A stretch of DNA of 62,499 bases, counting the filler, from Psammoneis japonica (taxonomy: Eukaryota), in assembly GCA_008632985.1 (NCBI GenBank). It is 6 parts of 6 records of this genome, joined end to end, with 100 filler letters (N's around TTAATTAATTAA, not from the genome) between each part and the next. Parts side by side here need not be neighbours in the genome. Positions count along the whole stretch, not along the records: positions 42,638 to 52,731 come from QPGO01000528.1; positions 52,832 to 62,499 come from QPGO01000530.1; 4 more parts are not named here. One strand, 5' to 3'. The position numbers were made by a program, and so were the translations under genes. Below, piece after piece: positions 47,801-59,940 of this stretch; within the stretch, counting starts at the first letter, position 1, and each line of letters begins with the position of its first letter. The notes under the pieces were generated by a model that saw only the letters and a list, made by a program, of their open reading frames with translations, ran no database searches and had not been told where the DNA came from.

Positions 47801-50500
47801 AGATGGCCAACAACCTGCAAGGAAAAATGCTTGCTGCAACTGCCAGGCCCACTTGACGGGCTCCAGTTCTGGGCGGGACTCCATGCGGCATTGGGCCCAC
47901 AAAATTCTGCACACAAGCTCTGCAGCACAAGAGCTCAATTGACGGAAGCACTCATCTTCAACATGTCAAACAAAAGAGCAAGTTTGCAGTGCATTCACAC
48001 CTTTCCATGCTCAAAGTTTTTGAACATCCACCTGCCTCGCACCATTCCCAAGACATTTGAGAATGGCACAGAAGCAAAAAACATGTTGTGCTGAAAGTTG
48101 GCAAATGGACAGCCCAACAAAAATTGTGAAACAAAAGGACACAAAATTCCACCACAAAGTCATGCAGAAATGAATGTGTGCAACATGCAGCACAATCCAA
48201 AAAACTGTTGACATCACAGTTCAGCAGTGTGAGGTCCCACCCAGAGCTGGAACTTGTCACTTTTGGCATGTCACCTCCATTGACAAAAATGTGTCAACCA
48301 AGGAGGAAGGAAATGGAGCAAAGTTCCAAATGGTGTCATTGGGTCCCGTGATGAAGTGTTGGAATTTCTGAGACTTGAGTGCGCACAAACCAGCAGTGGT
48401 TTTTGCAAACACAGGGGCTGGAGCTGCCTCCATTGGCAAAACAAAGCATTTGCACCATGCTGCCAGAAGGCATGGCCCAACTGCCAGCTGTGCCATCAGA
48501 TCTGCAGAGGTGCACATTGATGGTGTCAGTCAAGGTGCCATTTGGCAAGCCAGTTTGCAGAAGTTGGGGCACAATTCACTGAGACAAATCAAGGGAGAGA
48601 GACTCATGTTCTGGGGATCATGGTTGTGTGCTTTTTGACTTGCACAGGAGATGGCAAACTTGATGACTCACTCACCTTGGCACACAGATGATGCAGCCAT
48701 CCTCTTCAGAGAAACACCAACCAACTCAAGTCAGCTGTTTTGGAGCGACACACAAAATCACACTTGTTGGCTGGCAAGCCCATGTTTGATCTTGTTGTGG
48801 TCTCCTTGACAAAAAAGGTCCTTGCATTCAAAGACAACCCAACCCTGAAGGAAGAGGATCCAAGATGAGGCGTCAAAACCCAAGCACAAATGGGCAACCC
48901 TGACTGTGAATGTGTGAGGGCATCAAGCCAAGATTGTGCACTTGGAAGCCACAAGATGACACCATGGTTGAGAGACGAGCAATGTCTCAAGACTGGGCAG
49001 CCACACAAAGTTCAAAAGTGCTTGGATTGGATGGAACTTTTCACAGGCACACATGTCCTCAAGGAGCAGTGGACTGTGGCAACAAAGAAAAGTGAGCAAA
49101 TCATCAGAAGCTCGGCACTCAAAGTTTCAACAAAGATTGGCGTGAATGTGCCTGAATGAAATTTAAAAATGGAAAACCAGGCTGGCTGACAAGAGCTGAG
49201 AAGCTTGTCTTGTGCCTCACAAAAGCAACACTGCAACCACCTGTCTCTGGGCTGCCAACTGCAGGCACCATGTGTGGACAAACTGGCTTGCACTCCCTCC
49301 TTGGATTGGCAGGTTTCTCTTGGAGTTCATCACTGAATTTCCTGATGTGACTGCATCCCTGCCTTCCTGATGAACAGGCCTTTTTTAAGTCAACAATGGA
49401 GGTCAGTGCATTTTCCACTGAGCGGAGCAGTCTGATTCAGGCCGCCACCTTTCACCTGGACAACTTGTCCAATGTTTCTCTTGTTGGCAGAAATGACTTC
49501 AACGAAGTTTTCTTTTGCATCAAAAAAGGTTTTGACCCAAGCAAGCTGTGTCACATTGGCAGTCGCCAGAGCTGGTGCACACAACAATGCATGGCTGTTG
49601 CAGATTCAGTTTTTGCCACCATGGGGACTGACATTTTCTCCTGAGCAATTTGCAAGAGCAGCACAAATGTTTTTCATTGCACTTTGCTTGCAACGCAGTG
49701 GTGCTCAATTCTCTTCACACAATTTCTGCCAATCAACGTTGTGCATGTTGATCTTTCATTTGGGGTTTTTGCATGCAAAAGTGAGCGGCACACTGCCTTT
49801 GTCAGATGCGTTTTGTGTGGACGTTTGTCACCTGTTTGTTTTCGTTTGTTCTCAGCAATCAATCCAAACGTGTCCTTTGCTTGATTTTGATGCATGGCAA
49901 TTTGACAACAACATTGCATTTGTTTTGAAACGTTGTCTTTGACAGTTGTTTTCAACAGCTCCACCTTGCACATGCCTCGCTGCAGTGGCTGGTGTGCCCT
50001 CTGCACCCAAGTCACCCCCCATGTGCACTTCCTGCCTCATTTTTCCAGCACTTCCCAGAATTTCAGTGCACAGCTCTCTGCCCAGTTTCAAGTGCACATT
50101 CCACATGTGCGGTTGTCTGTGCACTTCACAACAGTGCGTCCTCTCTCCAAATTGCATTTGACCAGAGCATGTGCTGTTGTGATTCATGCACGTTCTACGT
50201 GAATCACAACTGACTTCTTGCCATGGTGGTCAGCAACTTTGCCCCACCCCATGATGAGGTTGGCCCCAACCCTTCCTTCCAATTTCCCAATGAGGTTGAT
50301 TTTGATGACATGGAATGTTTTGCCAACGGCTTTGGAATGGAGTTGTTTGGTCTCAAGCTCAAAAGCATGGTTTCAACGCATGCATCCAAAAAGCAGCTCT
50401 TCTTGGAGAGGATGAAATGGACTCCCTCTCCACAATTTCTTGCTCTTCCCTTCCTTTGCCACAAGCCAAAGTTGCATTGAATTCCACATGTTGTGGAAGT
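44900..50500. mobile_element. Heavily decayed, unclassified repeat-derived DNA, TpA-depleted and increasingly CpG-depleted
   Basis: Same composition as 10976-16330; only Cys/His-rich spurious ORFs. Confidence 0.5.
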
Positions 50501-50519
50501 CATCCACGCCAACAATGTT

Positions 50520-51348
50520 GTCAGGAAAACTCTTGGATGCCCTGACATTTGGTCTTGCATCAAGACTCGTGGTTGGCCCCTGAAGAAATCCTGCATGCTG
50601 AAAGGTCAGTGCATTCTTTGTCATCAAAATTTGGAGGAAGCTCTCTGTTTCTCCAAACTGCCTGGAGAGACTTTTAAAGAAGAGGAGCACCATGTGCAAC
50701 TTCACCGCAACATCAAAGCGATGGCAGAGTTGTTCATGCAGTCATCACCGGCGACAACCCAAATGATCCTGTTTCTGGCAAGCCTTGTTTCCATTTTTTT
50801 TTCGGTGCAAAAATCTCCAAGCATTGATCAACAACCGTGCACAAGACCTTCAAGGAGCATTTTTTGTCACCAAAATCGTCATGCATCACATCCACTGCAA
50901 AGCAAATGACTTTGGCTGTTGGTTCGCGCAGATTTTTTGCCATGTCAATGCCCAAAAGGAGTGGTGCATGTTTGTTGGCAGCTTTCCAGTCACATGCAAT
51001 TCTGATGACCTGGGATCCCAGATGGGTGAGATCAAGGAATTCCTCACAACGGACAAAATTGGTGACACAAAGACAACTCTGTGATGATGGCAGGTGACTC
51101 CCTTGCCCATCGGGAGGTGTGCAAAGAAAAAATCAATTGCATGTTGAATCATGAATTTGGGAAGCGCTGTCCTGAGGAGAAACCTGGCACACAACCCAGG
51201 CATGGCAAGTTGCTCACAATTTTTTGTTGCAGAGCACGTGGTCAGAGGGCTGGCTGCATTGATGATGACAACAAACAACAGCATCAATCCAAAACCAAAT
51301 GCAAAATCAGGAGGACCCACAAAGATGGCACCTGTTTGTGTGACGGCA
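50520..51348 (+). pseudogene. Second decayed copy of the unknown gene family seen at 1880-2709
   Basis: RKTLGCPDIWSCI, QKEW, KINCMLNHEFGKRCP and KIRRTHKDGTCLCDG. Confidence 0.8.
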
Positions 51349-52731
51349 TGTCCCCCCCCTGTTTTTCCTTCACCTCCTGTGTGCATTTGTTGTCTCATGC
51401 ATCCTTTGTCCCTGTTGTCTTGGCGCGCCCCACAAGAGCCTTGACCGTCCCCAACAAGAAGTCAAGGACCTCATCACGCTGGAACACGGCATGTCCTCCA
51501 TTGTCTGGTGACGTGCCATCACCCAGGGAGGCATGCCGCACTCTCGCCACTGACCTTCCCACTTTGTTGGAAACCATGGATCATGCAAAATCCTGTTCTT
51601 CCCCAAAAGGTCCTCCCTCCAAGCTGCCCACCTCTTGGCCGGTTGTTGCCACAAATCTCCTGGCTGTTTTGTCTCCTCCACTGGACCCCAATGACATGTC
51701 GTGGCTGGACATGTCTGCCCTCTGCCAGTGCTTTGACCACCCAAGTGCTGATCTGTTGCATCAGAGGAAGTTGCTGCCCATGTGTCATGCCTTTGCATCA
51801 TTGACAAGGCCGCTGACACTGAGCATGTGCTGCACCATTCCACTGCTGACTTTCACCCTGCAGACAACCTGAGGGAAAACTGGCACATGTTTTCCAACAA
51901 AACTCCCACAAGCAATCCCGCCACTGCCTCCCATGTCAAAGCTGAGTGCCCTCCTCACCTGGATCACTGCTTGGAGAAACTCTCTGTTGCTTGACAAGCA
52001 AACTCTCTCCACAAGGGCACTTTGGTTGCCCTCGTGTGTGAATTCCCACCCTTTTGCTTTTCATTTTGTTGAAGGGTGAGTCAAATCTAAAACACGACGG
52101 ATTGCTTGCAGCTGAGAAAGAAGACAGACAAAGGACCAAGTTTTGCTGTGCTGGGCAGTTGCATCATCCAAAGGAGCCCGGCTCCACCAAATCAGCCTTG
52201 ATGTTTTTGATCCTGACAAAAATTGGACGCCAACAAGTCACCCAAAATCAAGGCCATGGTGGCAGAAATTCTCAGCTTAGCTCAGCTTTGCAAAAATGAG
52301 GTCGAGCTTTGGAAGCTCAGCAACCCTCCACCAGTCAACTGGTTGCTTCGACACAACAAGAGTTCAAAAGCACTGTGTGACGAAATGGGTTGTCTGCATT
52401 TCCAACAGGAGGACATCACCATGCAGGCATTGTGCATGTCCCAGACACATGTCAGTGTTGCAATGTCATTGTTTTTGCACAGTCAATGTTTTTTCATTGC
52501 GACAAACAAGTTGCAATGCAACGGATGATTTTCGCAAAAAAAAATTGAAGATTTGCATGCTGCTGCTGTTTGAAGGCCAGCACAAAACATTTGTGTGTGC
52601 ATTTTGTGGTGTTGGTCCACTTGCACAAAAATTTCTGTGAACACATCATGAAGACTTCAGTGCCAACAAAAAGAATCATTCAAATGTTCATGCTCCAATC
52701 AAACACAAAAGCCAGAGTGCACAAGTGTTGA

Positions 52732-52831
52732 NNNNNNNNNNNNNNNNNNNNNNNNNNNNNNNNNNNNNNNNNNNNTTAATTAATTAANNNNNNNNNNNNN
52801 NNNNNNNNNNNNNNNNNNNNNNNNNNNNNNN
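52732..52831. other. Artificial contig linker
   Basis: N44-TTAATTAATTAA-N44. Confidence 0.98.
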
Positions 52832-52899
52832 AGTGCACTCACAGCTGTGCCCTCTGTGTTGTGCTTGCCAGCCCAGAACCACCCTGGTGTGGCCCACTG

Positions 52900-54500
52900 A
52901 AAAATGCATTTTTCAATCACCGCACTGCATCATCATGAACCATCAATGGAGAACTGCAAACAGATTTTGCAGATGGAATTCCATTGATTCTGAATGTTTT
53001 TGTCAAGTTTTGCATCATGGCACTGGTTGTTGCTTTGCTGATTTAAAGTGGAGGGTTAAAGAGCCCAGTCAGCAAACAAAGAGGAAGCAGCAAGAGAAGG
53101 CACGGAAAGAGCTGCAGGGGTGGGAGCAAAGAAGGGGTGCACAAGACAGCATGTGGGGTGTTTTAAAGAAGGGACCAGAGATGCATCAGTGCAAAGTTTG
53201 GACAGGAATTGCAGAGCATGGGCTGAAAGGTGATGAACAATGTTTTGTGGCCAAGAGTTTGGGTGGCCCTCTGAGATGGGGCAGAGGAGTGGCAGGAGGA
53301 GCCAAAATGGTGAGCAGCAATTTGGCACCAGCCAAAGTCAGCAGAGGACAAGAGCACAGCAGATGGCAAAGCAAGAGTGTGACAGAAGGTGATGCAGGAG
53401 CAATGAGAGCCTTGGACAGCAGCAAAATTGGACCAGAGAGGCTTTGGCTGGGAGCAAAGAGCAGAGGGGAGGAAGAGCCAAAGAGAAAGTGGTGAAAGAA
53501 AAAACCAATGCCACCAAGGTGATCAATGGCAAAAGGAAGGAAGACTTTTCCATCATCATTGAGAGACTGAGTGGCTGGGGAGCCATCAGAAGAGGAGCCA
53601 GCATGTCAAAGAAACTTTGACCTCATGCTCATGTGGTGTGCTTCAGGCAGAAGAGCTGATGAGGAAGGAGCGGGTGGACTGGGGGGAGGGCAAGGGGGAG
53701 CTTTGGGGATGGTTGCATCAACAGCAGAATGCAATGGTGTTGGGAGGGAGTGATGACAGAGGTGGNAGGGGCGGCAATGCCAACATCAGCCTGGCAAAAG
53801 AGGGGGTGGTTTGGGAGGAGAGAGGACCCAAGGTTTGGGCGACAAAAAAAGACTGTGTTTCAGATGGCATTGGACAGCCCAGATTTGTGATTGCCTTTGC
53901 AGGTGAAGGCATGATCGCTGCCATTGGCATCTGGGGCAGTGTGGCCACAGGAGCACAGAGAGTGCCGACAAGAGATTGAGGCAGCACGGGAAGGCAAAGC
54001 TTGCGTTGGGTGGCAATGGCGTGTTTGTCGAAGGAAAGGAAAGTGGCGTCAGAGCAGCAGGAAAAAGAGCAAAGCAACAGACTGGCAAGAGGAGAGAGAA
54101 GGGAGGGTGGGGTGATTTGGATGTCCAGGAGAGCATCAGCAAGGGTTTGATTGACAATCCTCTGTTGACAAGCACGGCAGAGCTGACGCTCAAGTCCAGG
54201 GAGCACAGCCCAAGGGATTTGACAAGATCAGGGAGAGAGGGCAGAGAGAGTTGGAGAAAGCCAGAGAGTCAGAGACAAGGATTGGAGAGCAGCAGTGGAA
54301 GAGGGTGCACAGGCAGAGGCTGGAGTCAGGATTGTTTGAATCTCTGGTGGGGCGAGGAGACCCAGATGGGAGGTGAGCACCGTGCGCGGCAAAGCGGAAA
54401 AAGGAGCGGAGACGGGGCATGAGAAAGGAAGGGATGGCAGCAGCAGTGGTTCTTGAAGATCAAAGCCACCAGGGAGCAGGGAGGAAGGCAAGGGCAAGGG
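52900..54500 (-). mobile_element. Decayed 3' part (Zn knuckle plus restriction-like endonuclease) of a CRE-like non-LTR retrotransposon
   Basis: Frameshifted motifs PDANGSDHAFTCKGNHKSGLSNAI (D..GDH..C...HN.IR), CQADVGI (RPAD) and FLPFAIDHLGGIG (PF..D..G..G). Confidence 0.65.
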
Positions 54501-54855
54501 AGTCATTGGTGGGGTTGAGATGAGAGAGGGCGCTCGAAGCGAGTCGGCTTTGCAGGAGGAAGGGCAGAGAGGCGGCTCGCTCGTGCGTGCCCAACAGAAC
54601 GAGGACCACGCGCAAGCGAACTCACGCACGTCGTCGACGACGACTCCTCTGACTTCAAGTGCGTGGTCCCTCATCATGATCCCTTTAAAATTTATATGTT
54701 CCCGAATACATTTCGATGATCATGGTCCTCGAAAAAGGCAAACAAGCGACAACACGTCAGTCCGTCATCGCACCCACTGTCGCACNGACACTCGAATGTC
54801 AGGCCAGGATCAAGAACATAATTCAAAGTCAACAAGGCACGAAAGAACAGAGACC

Positions 54856-55976
54856 ATGGCCGAGATATCAGTTCCGCTCAACGATGAGAGAGATGCAGAG
54901 AACCCAAGATCCTGCAAAAGTCGGGCTCCCTAGGACAGATAAAGATCTAGATCTTCATATGACGGAGAAGAAGAGACGCTCGAGTATCGCATTCGCGTGA
55001 AAGACAACAGCGGGAAGAAAATCTCGCTCTGGCATGACATTAGTCTGACCCATATTGATCCGGAGACAAACAAACCAACGCCTCATTTAAATTTCGTCTG
55101 CGAAATTCCCAAGTTCACAAGGTGCGTCGGAATCCTTGTCATGTTTGGTCATTTTGTCAGTTCCGTTTCACTAACTGATGTTTGTTGTCTTGCAGAAAGA
55201 AGTACGAAATTGCTACAGATGAAGATGGAACCCCGATCAAGCAAGATGAAAAAAAGGGGAAACTGCGCGAATTCAAGAAAGGTGACATTTTTTTCAACTA
55301 CGGCTGCTTTCCACAGACTTGGGAAGACCCAACATTCATCCATCCGGATGCTGATGGGTGTCGGGCGACAATGACCCTCTCGACGTTTGCGAAATTGGAG
55401 CCCGGATCATCAAACCTGGTGTAAGTGTTTCGGACGTTGTTCGCAAAATTTGAGAGTTGCGGAAGTCTTGTTAGTTCTCACTTTATTTCTTTCTGTGTGT
55501 TACTTCCTTGGTCTCTGCCACAGGCTGTCCGCGCGGTGAAGGTGCTAGGCATTTTGTGCATGATTGATGAAGGCGAATGCGACTGGAAGGTAGTCGTTAT
55601 TGATGCTGAAGACAAGTGGGCGCCATTCATCAACGACATTCAGGACGTCGAGGATCAGCTCCCAGGTATGCTGGATGCTATTCGTGAGTGGTACGCACCT
55701 ACAAGATTCCTGATGGAAAACCTCCCAACGTATTCGGACTGGAGGAGCGTTTTATGGACAAAGCATATGCGGATGCGGTAATTGAGGAGTGCCATCATGC
55801 ATGGGAGGAACTCATTACGGAGAGAAAGAACNCGCGAACAAGATGATGATGTGAAGGGTCTCGTGCGAAAGCTTTCGAAGAATAGTCTTTTCGAACTTGC
55901 CCCGAACTTCGACGAGCACCCCGAGGCTCACTTGGAAGATTACAAAGACGACGATGAAGGCGCCCTATCGTTTTAG
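54856..55976 (+). CDS. PPA: Soluble inorganic pyrophosphatase (family I); introns 55122-55195 and 55421-55523; several apparent frameshifts
   Basis: ISLWHDI, VCEIPKFTR|KKYEIAT, PIKQD.KKGKLR, NYGCFPQTWEDP, DNDPLDVCEIG, VKVLGILCMIDEGECDWKV and YKIPDGKP. Confidence 0.95.
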
Positions 55977-56171
55977 ATAGAAGCATGATTTGTTATCCTA
56001 TGCTTCAGCAGAGAATAAGTACACGTACGTCTACAATAGTTCAATTTATAAAATCAAGCAAAATGGAAGCGCGTACAGAAAAGAATCGTATGAACGAACT
56101 ATTTCTATTTCCTCACCCCTGTAGGGCACTTTGGCGAGCACGGTTACCAGACAAAGTCTCCGGAGTAGCAC

Positions 56172-57346
56172 CTAGTTCTTCTTCCCTGAACTGAGAAAGC
56201 CCTTCTTCATGCCTCCACTGTTGAATGCCTTTTTGCTCGCCTTCTCTCTTTCCTCCGCCTTGATGAGTTCTTCTGCTGCCTTTTCTGCAGCCAACTCCTT
56301 GGCTTTCGCATCGTCAACCTTTTGCTGAGCCGCCGATTTCTTTTTGGCCTCCGTTTTCTGCTTCTGCGCTTGTTCACTGGCAGCCTTAGCTTCCATCTCG
56401 TGCCTTTGTTTGAGCATATTGTGGTATTGCATTGCTTGCCTCCAGATCACATTACTCCAACCAGGTTCAATCCGTCTGCTTCTCCCGTACCTCGTCAACC
56501 TCTGCTGATACCAAAGCTTCGGCGGCCTGATAGGAGCGCCACTGTTTGACCGAGCACATGGACTGCGAATAAAGCTTGTTCATTCCCGCAGATTCCTTTT
56601 GAATATGCGTAACAATTGGGATGTCCGCAATGCATCTTTTCATTAGCGCCTGAGCCATAACTCGATGATGAGGACTTGGCTGTCCACCAGGTTGGGCGGC
56701 AGGACCCTTATGTATCGAATGGAGGGAAACCAATGAGAAACATCAACGTCATAAAAGACACAGTTTGAATCATCGTCGGAAGCGCTTACCTTGCCCGGTT
56801 CCCATCCAGCTGCTTCACACTACGAGATACACGTTGTAGAACAAGCAAGATGCTTCGTAAGCCTTGATAGCGGAGAGTCAAGTTCAATTTTCGCACAAGC
56901 CACAACTAACCTACCTTTGCTTTCACAGTGTAATACTCGTCACCGCGTCAGGAAGTTTGATGTGAACTGCATGTCACAGACGAAGAGGCGACTCAGTGAG
57001 TAAAAACTATCTAGAACACCAACACACGAGCCACTTGCCGACCCAGGTTTACAGAGAGCAAAATGACCATCAAACGCACGCAACTGACCTTTTCTCCGTC
57101 CAATTCGTCAAAGAAAATATCTCCGCTGGACTTTTTACGACGGTAGTACATGAGGAAATATACGGCCGCCAGAAGCAACACGATCAACCCTAAGTAAATA
57201 GCAGGGTCCGTTCCCGCTGGGCCTGCTTCGCCCTCGGAATCGAAAGCATCCCCGTCAGTGTCATTGAATGTCTCGTCCTCGCCTGGTGGTGTGTCGAAGT
57301 TTGTACTTCCGTCAGGGTTTACCGTCGCTTCTTCTGTTTCGCCCAT
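56172..57346 (-). CDS. Sec66/Sec71-like ER translocon subunit, multi-exon, with apparent frameshifts
   Basis: Single N-terminal TM helix followed by RRKK; ALMKRCIADI...AAEALVSAEVDEVR...IEPGWSNVIWRQA resembles the Sec66 core (AL..RA..DI ... E...V..EA....PGW...IF..A); coiled-coil tail. Confidence 0.7.
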
Positions 57347-57907
57347 TTTCTCTGAATTATTTGCAACTTTTCAACTCGCCTCTTTGCAGGGAATGCAGTA
57401 CTCGTAGCAGCGACACAATCGAAACGTCGCAACGAAAACACCGTCCTCACAACAACCCCGACACCGAACTCTCCTCGCTCCGCGTTCCGCTCCGTGTGGC
57501 TCATCGTCAAGTCGCGAAGACGCGCAAGACCGCGACGCGTGGCACCACGAGTACTGTACGTCGTACGTCAATCACGCACCGACGTACAGGCGTGTGACGT
57601 ACGCGCGTTGCGTGCGTTGCCTTCGTACAAATTGTACATACGGCTGCTCGTACTGATTCAGGACCATTCGAATGTAAAAACCCGGATTTAGACGGAGTGA
57701 TTACGGCTTCAATCAAAAAGCGCGGTAAATCTAACCACATCTTGTTGTCACCCTTGGACCGAGTCAGCATACAACAGCTTTCAAGCTACTTCTATCATTC
57801 ATCCCGTCATCGTCGGCTTGCTTTCCTTCCCATTGAGAGCAGTGTCTTCATTTAATAACAGAAATTGCTTTTAAATTTGTGTTGGAGATTTTGGAAATTG
57901 AGAAAAA
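57347..57907. promoter_or_regulatory. Divergent promoter region between the Sec66-like gene and ALB3, CpG-rich with a GTAC cluster
   Basis: Head-to-head gene starts; eight GTAC in 57550-57655. Confidence 0.55.
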
Positions 57908-59504
57908 ATGAAGCTATCCGTTGCGAGCGTGATTTTAGTTTCGTTGGCCAGCGCCGCTGCTTTTGCTCCTGCTGGGCGTAGTCCATTTGTTGCGCGCAAC
58001 AACGTGGAAACAACTCAGCTATCGGCAGTAGATCCGTCGTTCTTTCACGACATGCCCCTACACGTTGACACGTTGCGGGAGGCCTTCTCGTCGATCAGTC
58101 TGGCTGATGTTGACACCGACGCCATCACGTCTTCTGTGGATGGTGCTGTAAGTGCGGCTTCAGACGCGGTCAGTACCACCGGAGCTGCTGATGCTGTGGC
58201 AGATGCTAGTGCTTCTACAGGTAATGGCTGGTTTGGCTTTCTTACTGGACCTATCGAGGGTCTGTTGGGACTTATCCATAGCGCCTTGGTTGGGCTCGGA
58301 ATGCCCGCCAACGCTTGGGGTGTGAGCATCATTGCGATGACAGTCATAATCAAGATTGCTACTTTTCCCTTGACAAAGACACAGCTGGAGAGCACCAATA
58401 AAATGCAGGTAGGACAAAACTTTGGTATCTTTCTTACACATTTCTTTGAACGAAATGGCTTGAATATCTAACTGATTCCTCGGTGCATTCAATCACAGGC
58501 CTTGCAACCCACTATTAAAGACATTCAATCCAGGTACCAAAGCAATCCCGACGTCATGAATCAGAAGATAGCTGAGGTTTATCAAGCTAATGAGGTCAAT
58601 CCATTGGCTGGATGTTTTCCAAGTTTGGTTCAGATTCCAGTTTTCATTGGCCTCTATCGCGCAGTCTTGGCTCTTGCCAAGGAAAACAAGCTGGACGAAC
58701 CCTTTCTCTGGTTGCCAAACCTCGAAGGCCCCACCTACGGCGCAGATCCAACTCATGGATCTGATTGGATCTTGAAGGGATGGTACGTATGCCGATTCGT
58801 GCACTGATTGCTCGATAGGAATCCATCCTCATACTTCCGTTTTGTATCTTTTTGCGGACGACACAGGGTCGATGGAGCTCCATCCTTGGGGTGGCCTGAT
58901 ACTATTGCGTTTTTGACTCTCCCCGTATTTTTGGTCGTTTCGCAGTTTGTTTCCATGGAGCTAATGCAGACTAAAGAACAGCAACAGCAGGGGAACTTTG
59001 TTCTCAAGTTACTGCCTCTCATGATTGGTTGGTTCTCGCTGAATGTCCCAGCGGCACTTGGAATCTATTGGGTCGCGAACAATATCATCACTACGTCGAC
59101 TACTCTTCTAGTCCGGAGTCAAATGCAGATGGATCCAGTCACTCCCACTTCTGGTGGTGCGACTGGTGCAACGGCGGCCCAGCCAGCCATCTTTACCCCT
59201 CCTCGTGAAAAACCGTCGGGTTTTGGAGGAGCTGAGTCCGCGGAAGGCGTGAAGCCAATTACTCCTGTTGTAGATGCCGAAGTTATGTCTGTGTCGAAAG
59301 AGGTTGTCGACAATGAAGCTCCTGTTGACGACGTTGCTACAGAGGGTACAGGGATGGAGGCACCCAAACCGAAAAAGGTAAGATTTGAATTGCTTTAGTC
59401 TGGCTGTGTGATGTGCTTTTGGATTGATCAAGATGCTTACTCGCATTGTGGTTGTTTTTAACTTGTAGAACCGAAGTAAGAAGAAGAAGAAGCGCAGGAA
59501 CTAG
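57908..59504 (+). CDS. ALB3: Plastid thylakoid membrane insertase ALB3 (YidC/Oxa1 family); introns 58409-58498, 58783-58866 and 59378-59468
   Basis: Bipartite presequence MKLSVASVILVSLASAAA-FAP; motifs WGVSIIAMT..IK..TFPLTK.Q.EST, VNPLAGC.PSLVQIPVFIGLYRA, FLWLPNLEGP and LPLMIGWFSLNVPAALGIYW; introns restore the frame. Confidence 0.96.
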
Positions 59505-59940
59505 AGAATGCAACGGATTTTTCTCAAGTCTCGCTCTAGTTAGTGCAACGGATGCGGACAAGTCTCACCACACTTTATTGCAGCGACTTCAGCTCCTCAT
59601 AGATAAAATTTACTTTAATGAAGAGTCGCATGGTTCACAAATACAATACATATGAATCAGTTTAAACAAAACTTAAAATCTATTTTTAAGGTGCTATTAC
59701 ACTCCCGCCCTGCAACTCCGGCAACAAGGTTAGAGAGTGCGGTCGGTAGTGACATACACCGGTACATTTAGCCTTACCGTTATCAGGTACCGACTAATCG
59801 AGTTAATCGTGCGTCGACACGGGAAACATCGCATCAAACAGTGTTCATGAATTATTGAAGATCGCAACGAGCCTGCACAAAGATGATGTTGAAGGTTCGC
59901 GGTTGCAACGTTGAATTAGTTGTCAAGTAGTTCTCACCAC

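Noticed and set aside
32326..52731. Dense overlapping Cys/His-rich ORFs in all six frames, suggesting novel metal-binding proteins or overlapping genes
   Set aside because: A by-product of TpA loss: TAA/TAG stops disappear and Tyr codons become Cys/His codons. The frames with real homology are broken by frameshifts.
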